Both the position numbers and the translations under genes were made by a program. 64,000 nt of DNA. Source: an uncultured Verrucomicrobiota bacterium. Lineage in GTDB: Bacteria; Verrucomicrobiota; Verrucomicrobiia; Limisphaerales; J093. The notes under the pieces were generated by a model. It searched no databases and was not told the DNA's origin. It saw nothing but the letters and a program-made list of their open reading frames with translations. Position 1 is the first letter of the stretch; each line of letters begins with the position of its first letter. The stretch is from contig CAYNCT010000002.1 of the NCBI GenBank assembly GCA_964396005.1, positions 948-64,947 of the forward strand. The letters run 5' to 3'. Below, piece by piece: positions 10,220 to 19,125 of the stretch.

Positions 10220-10840
10220 ATGAACTGGCTCCAGTCCTGCCTCGCTGCCTCGGCTCTGCTGATCATGGCCCTGCGCGCTGACGGGCCGACGTTGCTGTTT
10301 AGCGACCCGTTCGAGGGCCAACTGGCGGCCGGCTGGACGTGGCTGCGCCCGGCGCCGGAGTTTTGGTGCCTGCGCGACGGCGCGCTCGAGATCCGCGTCC
10401 AGCCCGGCGACGCCCAGACCGTGAAGAACGCCCTGGTTCGGCCCGCGCCGGATCGCAGCCAGGGCCGGCTCGCCATCGAGGTCACCGTGACGAACCTGCG
10501 CCGGCCAATCCAGCAATTCGAGCAGGCAGGGATCACCTGGTATCACAACGGCGAACCGGTCTTCAAACTGGTCAAAGAACTTGTGGACGGGCAGTTGATG
10601 ATCATCCCCGGTCGCCCGCCGATGACCAACGACACCGTGCAATTCCGGCTCATCGTCAGTGCCGATGCCTGGGAGGCCCAGTTCCGTCCTAGCGCCCAGG
10701 GCGAGTTCCAAACCGCCGCCCGGGGGACCCTGCCGCCGCCGGGCAACGACCAGGTCAGCCTCCAGTGCTACCACGGTCCGGCGGATGCGGAGCATTGGAT
10801 CCGTTTCGACGATTTTCGGATCCTCCGCCTGGAGGATTGA
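10220..10840 (+). CDS. Secreted hypothetical protein, possibly a concanavalin A-like / DUF1349-like beta-sandwich
   Basis: Signal-peptide-like N-terminus (MNWLQSCLAASALLIMALRA). 206 aa with clean codon usage. The fold guess is weak. Confidence 0.5.
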   Translation: MNWLQSCLAASALLIMALRADGPTLLFSDPFEGQLAAGWTWLRPAPEFWCLRDGALEIRVQPGDAQTVKNALVRPAPDRSQGRLAIEVTVTNLRRPIQQFEQAGITWYHNGEPVFKLVKELVDGQLMIIPGRPPMTNDTVQFRLIVSADAWEAQFRPSAQGEFQTAARGTLPPPGNDQVSLQCYHGPADAEHWIRFDDFRILRLED

Positions 10841-10996
10841 CCGGCCGCCAGCCGCCCTGCAACCGGGGCTGCTCGCGCCGCGCCCGGTTGACCGCGAGCC
10901 GACGGGCAGACCTTCTTGACCTGTGTCAGGCCGGCACGGAAATCTGCGGCCGCGCCTTCTCCGGGCCGTTGACGGCTGCCCGCCGAGCCCGCGAAA

Positions 10997-12349
10997 GTGG
11001 CGGGGTTGAAAAGGTCATTTCTCCAACGAATGGGGAGCGTGACGGCCGTGCTCGGCCTGGCGGTGGCTTCGGGCGGGCGCCCGGCCTCCGCACAAGCGCA
11101 ACCGGAGTACGAGTTGCCGCCGATCCGCTACTCGGGGACGGCCGAGAGCAATCGCGTCACCGCCGTGCAGGCGCGGGAGGAGCGCGGGGAACTGAGGCTG
11201 CGGGGCCCCAGCGACCGGGAGACGCTGCGGCGCTGCCTCGAGGCTTTCGGCGTTTCCCCGGACTCGCAGGTGCTCGTGTTTTCGAAAACCAGTCTCCAGC
11301 GCCAGCGGATTTCCCCCGAGACCCCGCGAGCGATCTATTTCTCGGATGATGCCTATCTCGGCTGGGTGCCGGGAGGACTGTTCGAGGTAACGGTCAGCGA
11401 TCCCGAGCTGGGGCTGGTGTTTTACTCCGTGGACCCCCGGCAGGGCGCCGCGCCGCTGCGGTTCACGCGGGACAACGACTGCCTCAGTTGCCACGCGGGG
11501 CCGCTGACACGGGGCTGGCCGGCCTTGATGGTCCGGTCCGTGTACCCCGACGCCGCCGGCGAGCCGATCTCCCGCGCGGGGAGTTTCCTGACCGGGCACG
11601 ACAGTCCGCTGCCCGAACGGTGGGGTGGCTGGTATGTCACCGGCCGGCATGGCGGCCCGCCGCACCTGGGCAATGCCATCGCCCGCGACCGCGAGCCGCA
11701 CGTGGAGCTCGAGCGCCGCGCCGATGGTTCGGTTGCCGCCCTGGCGGCGCTATTTCCGGTCGAACGCTACTTGTCCGGGGAAAGTGATGTGGTGGCGCTG
11801 ATGGTGCTCGAACATCAGGTGGGCATGCACAACCGGCTGGCGGAGGGCGCGCTGCGGGTGCGGAAGTGGCTGCATTACCAGCACTCGCTTCAAAGGGAAC
11901 TGGGCCAGCCCGTCTCCGCCGAGCCCACCGGCACGGCGCTGCGTGTCGTTCAGAGCGAGGCGCAGCGCATTGTGGAACACCTGCTGTTCGTGGGCGAAGC
12001 GCCGTTGCCCGAAGGCGGCGTCCAGGGCAGCGGCCGCTTCGAGACCGCCTTTCGTCAGAATCGGCGCGCCGATCCTGCCGGGCGCAGCCTCAAGGATTTC
12101 GACCTGCGCACGCGGCTGTTCGCCTACCGCTGCAGTCCTTTGATCTACTCGGATGCTTTCGCGTGGCTGCCGCCGGCGCTGAAGGCGGAAGTCTTTCGGC
12201 GGCTGGACGCGGTCTTGGTGGCTGAGACGCCCGCGAAGCCCTTTCAGCATCTGCCCGCAGCCGAACGGCAAGCGATCCGGGAAATCCTCCTCGCCACCCA
12301 GCCGGACTTCATGGCGGCCGTGGGGGCCGCCTCCGGCGAACGGCGCTGA
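10997..12349 (+). CDS. Secreted hypothetical protein with a single CxxCH haem-binding motif
   Basis: Signal-like N-terminus (GSVTAVLGLAVASGGRPASAQA) and the motif DNDCLSCHAG. 450 aa. GTG at 10997 or ATG at 11030. Confidence 0.5.
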   Translation: MAGLKRSFLQRMGSVTAVLGLAVASGGRPASAQAQPEYELPPIRYSGTAESNRVTAVQAREERGELRLRGPSDRETLRRCLEAFGVSPDSQVLVFSKTSLQRQRISPETPRAIYFSDDAYLGWVPGGLFEVTVSDPELGLVFYSVDPRQGAAPLRFTRDNDCLSCHAGPLTRGWPALMVRSVYPDAAGEPISRAGSFLTGHDSPLPERWGGWYVTGRHGGPPHLGNAIARDREPHVELERRADGSVAALAALFPVERYLSGESDVVALMVLEHQVGMHNRLAEGALRVRKWLHYQHSLQRELGQPVSAEPTGTALRVVQSEAQRIVEHLLFVGEAPLPEGGVQGSGRFETAFRQNRRADPAGRSLKDFDLRTRLFAYRCSPLIYSDAFAWLPPALKAEVFRRLDAVLVAETPAKPFQHLPAAERQAIREILLATQPDFMAAVGAASGERR

Positions 12350-12386
12350 CGGCGGCGCTCCGTGTGCGGGGCCCATCGCGGATGGC

Positions 12387-12501
12387 TCACACCTCGCACG
12401 CAATCCCGACCGAGAGGCTGGAGCGCCGACAGCTTGTCGGCCTGGCGCGCGCGACCGGCAAGATGCCGGCGCTTCGGCCTGTTGGGTGTGGAACAGCCGC
12501 G
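12387..12501 (+). repeat. Intergenic repeat module C, copy 1
   Basis: About 115 nt alignable by eye with 45453..45572. Shared blocks are tcacacctcgca, gccgacaNcttgtcggc, ggcgcgcgcgaccg and ccggcaagNtgccggcgct. It lies between convergent genes and ends 1 nt before the stop codon at 12502. Confidence 0.75.
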
Positions 12502-13449
12502 TTAGCGATCGCGGCGGAGGAGGAAGTGCGCGAGGGCATCGAGGGCTGCAGCGCGGCCGCGAAACGGCTGCAACGCGGCAAAAGCGCGGTTCGTGAGCTG
12601 GGCGGCGATCTGGCGCGACCGCTCCAGCCCGATGATGGCCGGATAGGTTGCCTTCTGCGCCGCGACATCCTTGCCCGCCGTCTTGCCCAGCATCTCGCTG
12701 CTCTGAGTCACATCGAGGATGTCGTCAATGACCTGGAAGGCCAGGCCGACGTGGTGCCCGAAATCGTTGAGGGCCTGCAATTGAACCGGGGTGCAGTTGG
12801 CGCTCATGCCGCCCAGTCGGGCCGAGCAGCGTAGCAGGGCTGCCGTCTTGCGCTCGTGGATGTAGCGCAGCTCGCCGGCGGTTACCCGCCGCCCCTCACC
12901 CTCGAGGTCCGCCACCTGACCCGCGATCAGTTCCCGCGAGCCCGCTGCGCGCGCGATCTCGAGCAGGATGTCGCGATGCGAGTACCGCGGCCAGGCGCGG
13001 CAATGGCCAGCCAGCTCGAAGGCGAGGGTCAAGAGAGCGTCGCCGGCCAGCAGCGCCAGCGCTTCGCCCCGTTTGCGTCCGGCGGCGTCCTCGCCGGTGC
13101 GGAACTTCACGTGGCAGGTGGGGTGACCGCGGCGCCAGTCGTCGTCGTCCATGCAGGGCAAGTCGTCGTGAATCAGCGAATAGGTGTGGATGCACTCGAT
13201 CGCGCAGGCCAGGGGCAGGGCCTCATCCCAGTCTCCGCCGCAGGCGTCGGCGGCCGCCAGGCACAGGGCGGGGCGCAGCCGCTTGCCGCCGGCAAAGAGG
13301 GAGTAGCGCATCGCGCGGTGCAGCGTCGTGGGCCGCGCGCGCTCCGAGGGCAGCAACCGATCGAGCGCGCGATTCACGGCGGCGGTCGCGCGCGCCAGAT
13401 AGGCGGTCAAGTCAAATGGGACTGGCGACGGACGGCGTTGGCCTGGCAT
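12502..13449 (-). CDS. Short-chain polyprenyl diphosphate synthase (FPP/GGPP synthase type)
   Basis: First aspartate-rich motif LIHDDLPCMDDDDWRRG and second motif FQVIDDILD. The ATG at 13449 was chosen; the ORF extends to 13527. Confidence 0.85.
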   Translation of the reverse strand: MPGQRRPSPVPFDLTAYLARATAAVNRALDRLLPSERARPTTLHRAMRYSLFAGGKRLRPALCLAAADACGGDWDEALPLACAIECIHTYSLIHDDLPCMDDDDWRRGHPTCHVKFRTGEDAAGRKRGEALALLAGDALLTLAFELAGHCRAWPRYSHRDILLEIARAAGSRELIAGQVADLEGEGRRVTAGELRYIHERKTAALLRCSARLGGMSANCTPVQLQALNDFGHHVGLAFQVIDDILDVTQSSEMLGKTAGKDVAAQKATYPAIIGLERSRQIAAQLTNRAFAALQPFRGRAAALDALAHFLLRRDR

Positions 13450-13487
13450 GGCGCAAGCATGAAGAACGGGCCGCGCCGCCGGCAAGC

Positions 13488-15617
13488 TCACTTCGCAGAT
13501 GGCGTCACCTCGAACACCGCCAAGCACACCTGCGCCCGCTCCGGATCATTGAGGCAGACCGCGCCTTCGGCCAGCCGGGGCACGGGGTCGCCCGCCAGCC
13601 GGATGGGCCGCCGCGCGCGCAACTGACTGGCGTATTCGGCGAAACCGGCCGCGCCCGCCGCGGCCGCCTGCGCTCGGTTGACGAGCCGCAGCTCGCCCCG
13701 GGAGCCGGGCGCGGTCTGACGCATCAGCTCGACCGTTAGCCGACCGAAGGTGAAGCGCGGGTTTATCTCGACGACCGGCTTCAGGCGGAATGCACCGTCC
13801 GGTGTTCGATACACGAACGCGTCCACCCCGACCGGGCCGCGGTAGTCGGCGGCGCGCAGGCCGGCCTCCAGGAGCGCAAATGCCTCCGCGTAGAACCGGT
13901 GGAACCGGCGGGCGACATCCGGCGGCCCCGCCAACCGCTCCAGCACCCCGGCCGGCGGGCGGCGATGGTGATGCGACTCGGCCCAATTGCCCTGGAACCG
14001 GCCGCGGTAATCATTCCGCAACCCGGTGTACCCCCGGAGCTTCCAGCCGTCCGCCCCGAGTTCGAGCTGGAGCGAGAAGTCCAGCTCCCGCTCCAGCCAC
14101 GGCTCGACCACCAGCCGTCGCCCCGCGGCGGTGGCTCGTTCCAACCAGCGACGCTGCGGGGCGAGCAGCTCCGGCTCCCAGAGCCGCAGCGCGTTGTGGC
14201 CTGCCCAGCCGAAGTCCTGTTTCACGATCACCCGGTGATGTCCCCGGGCCCGGATGGCGGCGATGGCGGCCAGCGCCTCATCCAGCGTCGCGACGACCAC
14301 GCCCGCTTCGATCACCGGGCACAACCAGGGTTCGTCCGCCCAGGTCCCGTCCGGCCCGAGGTCGGCCGGCCTCGGCTGCAGGAGTAGTTGCCGGAGCAGA
14401 TTCGCGCTCCAGGCCTTGGAGTACCGTTCCGCGAGGCGGGGATGGAAACTTGACTCGGCGGTCCGCGAGGCGCCCGTCACCTGCGGAAACAAGGGCCGTA
14501 GCAGTTCGACACTGTCCGGCCCCCACGCCCAGGGACGGAGTTCGCCCAGCTTGCGACCGGCGAGCGCGGTGACCGCCAGGGTGTCCGGGTCGCCGCTCGC
14601 GGCGAATTCCGGCAGCGTGAAACCGGCAGCTTGCAACGAGGCGAGGAATGGCAGCGACGGGCCGTCGGGCACGAGGACCACATCGTCACGGCGGGCGAGG
14701 AACTGGGGCAGGTTGGCGAGATCGCACCACAAGGCGCGCTGGCGGAGCGTGGGCTGGAAACCCGGCCCGGCGGCCAGGCGGGCCTCGGTAAACGGATTGA
14801 AAAGGTACACGTGGGGCGTGCGGCCCTTGGACTGCGCGTACACTTCGAGTCGGGCGATAAAGTCCGCGTCGAACCCCGCCGCCCGCCGGCCCGCGACATT
14901 CACCGCGAACCCTTTGGCGCGCTGGGGAGACAACGGGAAGCGCAGTGCGCGACAGAACGCCTCCCAGTCACTCTCGCCGGGCTGCTTCCAGCGGCGAAAC
15001 CATTTCAGCCCGTAGGCCACGTGGCCGATCTCGTCGTGGTAGATGCGCTCCAGGAGGCGGGCGGATTCCTGATCGCCGACCTGCGCGAAGCCGCGGGCGA
15101 AGTAGCCGGCAAAGTCGAGGTTCGCCTGCTCGAAGGTCAGACAGAGCGTCGCCACATAATCCAAGGGGTTTTCCATCGGCGCCGCGCACCGCCAGAAGAA
15201 GCCGCTGACGGGCAGCGCGCCAAACTCCAGGCCGCACGCGCGCATCCGCTCGAGGTACCAGCGCGTGTGTTCCTGCTCGTCTTGCAGCGTTTTGAGTACG
15301 CCGCGGCGGAAGGCCGGTGGCGCGTCCGGGAACTTCAGGAGCGCCAGCGCCATCAGCTCGGTCGCCAGCAACTCGTGGTTGGCGAAGAAATGCAGGAGCC
15401 GGCCCCGCTCCTGCTCGCGGTCCAGGGCGGCCAGACGCGGAAACTCCGGCCGGGCGGCGCCGGTGTCGCGAATCCTGAGTTCCGCCGGGCGGCCCGGAAG
15501 GGCGGGAGTCGCCAGCGGGGCGCCCGGGCGCTCGTCCGTGATGCCCTCCGGCCCGCGAAGCTTCTCCGCGAGAGAGGTGGCAAACAACACGCGCTCGGCG
15601 AATTCACGCAGTTCCAT
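13488..15617 (-). CDS. Fusion protein: ferritin-like diiron DUF455 domain plus a pre-ATP-grasp/ATP-grasp ligase-like domain
   Basis: The N-terminal half has HFFANHELLATELMALALL and two ExxH motifs (EQEH, EIGH). The C-terminal half has VIVKQDFGWAG, VVEPWLERELDFSLQ and VVEINPRFTFG, which are ATP-grasp hallmarks. The ATG at 15617 (MELREF) was chosen; the ORF extends to 15725. Confidence 0.7.
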   Translation of the reverse strand: MELREFAERVLFATSLAEKLRGPEGITDERPGAPLATPALPGRPAELRIRDTGAARPEFPRLAALDREQERGRLLHFFANHELLATELMALALLKFPDAPPAFRRGVLKTLQDEQEHTRWYLERMRACGLEFGALPVSGFFWRCAAPMENPLDYVATLCLTFEQANLDFAGYFARGFAQVGDQESARLLERIYHDEIGHVAYGLKWFRRWKQPGESDWEAFCRALRFPLSPQRAKGFAVNVAGRRAAGFDADFIARLEVYAQSKGRTPHVYLFNPFTEARLAAGPGFQPTLRQRALWCDLANLPQFLARRDDVVLVPDGPSLPFLASLQAAGFTLPEFAASGDPDTLAVTALAGRKLGELRPWAWGPDSVELLRPLFPQVTGASRTAESSFHPRLAERYSKAWSANLLRQLLLQPRPADLGPDGTWADEPWLCPVIEAGVVVATLDEALAAIAAIRARGHHRVIVKQDFGWAGHNALRLWEPELLAPQRRWLERATAAGRRLVVEPWLERELDFSLQLELGADGWKLRGYTGLRNDYRGRFQGNWAESHHHRRPPAGVLERLAGPPDVARRFHRFYAEAFALLEAGLRAADYRGPVGVDAFVYRTPDGAFRLKPVVEINPRFTFGRLTVELMRQTAPGSRGELRLVNRAQAAAAGAAGFAEYASQLRARRPIRLAGDPVPRLAEGAVCLNDPERAQVCLAVFEVTPSAK

Positions 15618-15756
15618 GCGACGCCGAAAGGGGTAACATTCCCGCGTCGCGCTGACCAGCGCCGCCGCGGACCGGGGCGCGACGCGGCCGGAACGATTGA
15701 ATTCAATGCAGGGCGGACGGGCCACTGGCCCGTTCTATCAGAAGCCCGCCCCGACC

Positions 15757-15878
15757 GTCGAACGCACGAGGCTGCCACTGAAGGCTGTGCGGCTTCCATG
15801 CGCGCGGCTGGGCGGCAAGTTGCCGCCCAAAACGGCCAGGTTGGCCGTGTCACCCAAAACCTTCTGCATCCTTCCGGT
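15757..15878 (+). repeat. Intergenic repeat module A, copy 1
   Basis: Aligns with 21660..21798 (+) and with the reverse complements of 39084..39205 and 59892..60005. It contains the hairpins tgggcggca-agt-tgccgccca and acggcca-gg-tggccgt. It ends directly at the stop codon of the gene at 15879. Confidence 0.8.
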
Positions 15879-16721
15879 TCAAGGGGAAGGGTTGATCACC
15901 CGGTAGTAACGCTGCGGCTGGTTCGGTGGCGGTCGGTCGGTCACACACATCCGCTCGCCGGTGCCGGGCAGATCGGTGTACAGGGGCAGCCACTCCGGAC
16001 CCGTGACCTCCGAGCGGTACTCCACGCGGTAGAGCGTGTTGGTCACGGAGGGCCAGCAAATCTCCACTTCCGAGACGCGAATGGACGACTCCCAAGCGGG
16101 CATTCGTTCGAGGATCGCCTCCAAGCCGACGTTCCCCTCATGCAGGAAGAATACGCCGCCAGGGCCGACGCTGAACCCAAGGGTATCTCCGGCGGCGAGC
16201 GACAGCTTACGGCTGAAGCTGAGTATCTGCCCGTTGGCGGTGATAACTCCGCTGAAGATGGGCTGTCCGTTCAAAAGCACATGAACGTCGGCCTGAATCC
16301 AGTTTTGTTGCGCGTAGAACCAGCCCGTCAACCGGTAGCGGTCCGCGGACGGCGCCGTCCAGATCACATGCGCGTAGTCGCGCCCGCTGGTCCCGCAACC
16401 GTGCAGGATTAAAGCCCCGGCGTTGAACGTGACATTGCCGTTGTTGTAGTCGCCGCCGGCATTGATCGAGACGGAAGGCGTGAAGCCGTTGCTGTTGCCG
16501 GGATCGTCCCAAATCTGCTGCATCCCGTTGTTGACCGCCGGCACATGAAACCGCGGAAACCGCACGGGCGGATGGGTCAAGCCCGGGGACCACGCGTAGT
16601 TCCACGGGCCGTTGGGGTTGCTGTTGGTGGAGAAATCCGCCCGCGCGTCCCAGACCTGAGCACGGCCGGCGGCGGCGAACAGAATCAGGCACGCCGGCAC
16701 CAGAATGCTTGAAGTATTCAT
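15879..16721 (-). CDS. Secreted hypothetical protein
   Basis: Signal peptide (MNTSSILVPACLILFAAAGRAQV). The C-terminal ~70 aa (YRVEYRSEV...W.PL......RYYRV) resemble a beta-sandwich tail common in secreted PVC proteins. Confidence 0.55.
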   Translation of the reverse strand: MNTSSILVPACLILFAAAGRAQVWDARADFSTNSNPNGPWNYAWSPGLTHPPVRFPRFHVPAVNNGMQQIWDDPGNSNGFTPSVSINAGGDYNNGNVTFNAGALILHGCGTSGRDYAHVIWTAPSADRYRLTGWFYAQQNWIQADVHVLLNGQPIFSGVITANGQILSFSRKLSLAAGDTLGFSVGPGGVFFLHEGNVGLEAILERMPAWESSIRVSEVEICWPSVTNTLYRVEYRSEVTGPEWLPLYTDLPGTGERMCVTDRPPPNQPQRYYRVINPSP

Positions 16722-17023
16722 AATGAAATGAGGGTTGCACCGGCAACCTTCCCCACCGCCCGTTGGCAGGCAAACGGTTTTTCAATCCATCCAGTGCCCC
16801 TAATAGGTTCCCGGCCACCTCAACTTGCGACCAGCGCCCGGGGCGGGGGGGGCCCTCCGCCAATCGCATCCGGGACCCGGGCGGGCTGATGCCACCCCCG
16901 GCCGCTTCCCTCCTGAATGCGGTCCGGCCCGTCACGCTCGGGACGACCGCGCGGCGCACATTTGACTCGCCCGCGCGTCGGGATGATGACAGCTTCGAAC
17001 TCGGGCTGCGTCCCGACCGCTGG

Positions 17024-17584
17024 ATGGCCGAGAAACCCAAATCGCTGAAAGGGCAATTGCTGCTAGACGGCGGCAATCTCACGGGTTCTTGGTTTCATCG
17101 GACCGTTGTCCTGATCTGCGACCACGATGAGAAGGGGGCGTTTGGGCTGGTGCTCAACCGGGAAAGCGGGCGCAAGGCGGGCGAGGCGATCATCGAGGAT
17201 CTGCCCGAGCCGGTGCGTGAACTGGCCGTGTTTATCGGCGGGCCGGTCCAGCCGGGAGCGATGAGTTTCCTGTACACCGACGACTACCTGCCGGATGGAA
17301 ACGTGCTGCCGAACGTCGGTCTCAGCCACTCCCTCGAGGACCTGATCGCGATCGGGGACTCCTACTCGCCGACCCAGAAAATCCGGCTCTTCGCCGGTTA
17401 CGCGGGATGGGCGCCCGGCCAGTTGGAGAACGAGTTGAAGCGGAGGTCCTGGGTTACCTTTCCCGCCACGCCCGCCCTCATTTTCCCGGCCGATCCGGGG
17501 CGTCTGTGGCAGGAAATCCTCTCGCAAATGGACTGGCGCTATCGCCTGCTGGCGCAGTCGCCCGACGACCTCTCGCGGAACTGA
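17024..17584 (+). CDS. YqgE/AlgH family protein (UPF0301)
   Basis: Contains LKGQLLL..GNL....F.RTVVLICDHDEKGAFGLVLNR ... FIGGPVQ ... FAGYAGWAPGQLENEL. ATG at 17024 within the longer ORF. Confidence 0.8.
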   Translation: MAEKPKSLKGQLLLDGGNLTGSWFHRTVVLICDHDEKGAFGLVLNRESGRKAGEAIIEDLPEPVRELAVFIGGPVQPGAMSFLYTDDYLPDGNVLPNVGLSHSLEDLIAIGDSYSPTQKIRLFAGYAGWAPGQLENELKRRSWVTFPATPALIFPADPGRLWQEILSQMDWRYRLLAQSPDDLSRN

Positions 17585-17644
17585 AGGCGCCCCGCCGAAC
17601 CGCAACCGCCTGGCATCTGGCCCCTGGCCAGCAACCTCAGCGGT

Positions 17645-17833
17645 AACGAAGCAGTTGGAGTGGGGAGCACGCCCGCCCCGGGCGCAGCGGGCCGCTTCAC
17701 GCGGCCCGCTCGTGCGGACGAGATGTTTTCACCATTGGGTGCATCCTCGTGCGCTCGGGCTCGGCGCGAAGGCGCGTCGAAGCACAGCCCGGGCGGCTGT
17801 ACTCCCCGAGCATTTCAACTGAATCGGTCCGGC
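17645..17833 (+). repeat. Intergenic repeat module B, copy 1
   Basis: About 190 nt alignable with 21799..21948 and 59990..60174. Shared core: gacgagatgNtttcaccNttgggNgNatcNtcgtgcgctcggg ... ggcggctgtNctcccc ... ttcaaNtgaatc. The ends are imperfectly complementary. Confidence 0.8.
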
Positions 17834-18058
17834 TCAGGTCTTTGCGGGGCGAATCTCGTTCGCTTGCAAACTGTCGTGCGGCAGCCCGCAATCCGGAGGC
17901 TTTCAACGGGATTCGGCGCGGCTGGCAAGCCACGGAAACCGATGAGGTACGGGGGCGGCCCTAAGGAGGCCGAACCGCCCGGACTGGGGAAGGCCCAACC
18001 CGTTAAGGTCGCGCGTTCCTGGGGTAACGGTTTGACTTGGATTCCTTGGCTTTCTACC

Positions 18059-19114
18059 ATGTTGCTTATGCTGGCTGCCGAACCCAAGGCGGCAGGAGCT
18101 GCTCTTGCCGATCCGCTTAACCCCGCCGGCGCCCCCGCTTGGAAAGCGATTGTGGCGCCCGTTGAGCCGTTTCTCCGCACGGTGGCCGAACGGTTGGCGG
18201 AGCAGGTGGCGGAATTCGAGCCGGAGGTGGCGGCCCACGCCCGCTACGCCTTGATGAGTCAGGGCAAGCAGCTCCGCCCGGCGCTGGTCGGCCTGAGCGG
18301 CGAGGCCACGGGCGGCCTCAACAGCGACCTGGTCACGGCGGCGACCATCATCGAAATGGTCCACCTGGCCACGCTGGTTCACGACGATGTGGTGGATGAA
18401 GCAGCCATTCGCCGGCGTCGACCGACGCTCGCGGTGCAGGCGGGCAACACCACGTCGGTCCTGGTGGGCGATTGTCTGTTCGCTCACGCCTTGAAGCTGG
18501 CGGCGGGTTTTCCGACGACCGAAGTGTGCCGGGCAGTTTCCACGGCGACCAAGACGGTCTGCACCGGGGAGATCATCCAGAGCCAGCGGCAACACCAGCT
18601 CCGCACCTCGCGGGCGGAGTATTTCCGCGTGTTGCGCATGAAGACGGCGGAATTGTTCGCCGTGTCGTGCGAACTGGGCGCCCACCTTAGCGGGGGCTCG
18701 CCGGGTGATCGACAGGTGCTCCGGGACTTCGGCATGGCCCTGGGGACGGCGTATCAGGTTTACGACGACTGCCTGGACGTGTTCGGGAGCGAGGCACGGG
18801 CGGGCAAGTCGCTTCGCACCGACCTGGTCGGCGGCAAGCCCACGTTGCCCGTGATTGTGGCCTGGGAGCGGGCCACGCCCGACGAGCGCCGATTTCTTGA
18901 GCGGATGGTCGCGGCGTGGGACCCCGGCTTCATGCGGCCGCTGGTGGAGCTTTTCGAGCGCACGCAGGCCCTGCCGGAGGCGCGCGCCGTGATTCGATCC
19001 CTGTGCTCCTCGGCCCAGGCGGCGTTGCGAGTCCTGCCGCGAAGCGTCGGGCGGGAGCGACTCGCGGCGGCGGCGGAGTACATCGCTCACCAAACCGACG
19101 ACCTCGGGGTCTAG
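18059..19114 (+). CDS. Long-chain-type polyprenyl diphosphate synthase (octaprenyl/heptaprenyl-like)
   Basis: Contains LVHDDVVDEAAIRRRRPT and YQVYDDCLD. The start is uncertain: the ATG at 18059 was chosen from an ORF that opens at 17660 inside a repeat. Confidence 0.85.
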   Translation: MLLMLAAEPKAAGAALADPLNPAGAPAWKAIVAPVEPFLRTVAERLAEQVAEFEPEVAAHARYALMSQGKQLRPALVGLSGEATGGLNSDLVTAATIIEMVHLATLVHDDVVDEAAIRRRRPTLAVQAGNTTSVLVGDCLFAHALKLAAGFPTTEVCRAVSTATKTVCTGEIIQSQRQHQLRTSRAEYFRVLRMKTAELFAVSCELGAHLSGGSPGDRQVLRDFGMALGTAYQVYDDCLDVFGSEARAGKSLRTDLVGGKPTLPVIVAWERATPDERRFLERMVAAWDPGFMRPLVELFERTQALPEARAVIRSLCSSAQAALRVLPRSVGRERLAAAAEYIAHQTDDLGV

Positions 19115-19125
19115 GTTGGCCAGCG

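Noticed and set aside
15697-15906. A recurring peptide (LPCARLGGRLPPRTAKLAVPPKT and similar) in several small ORFs (15697..15906, 21690.., 38985..39179, 59777..59983), which might suggest a small protein family.
   Set aside because: The similarity comes from translating repeat module A. Copies occur in both orientations, the conserved parts are DNA hairpins, and the ORFs lack consistent starts and lengths.
12502-19114. The two polyprenyl synthase genes (12502..13449 and 18059..19114) as a recent duplication or an isoprenoid gene cluster.
   Set aside because: They lie on opposite strands and are separated by unrelated genes. They differ clearly in sequence around both DDxxD motifs (short-chain versus long-chain type).
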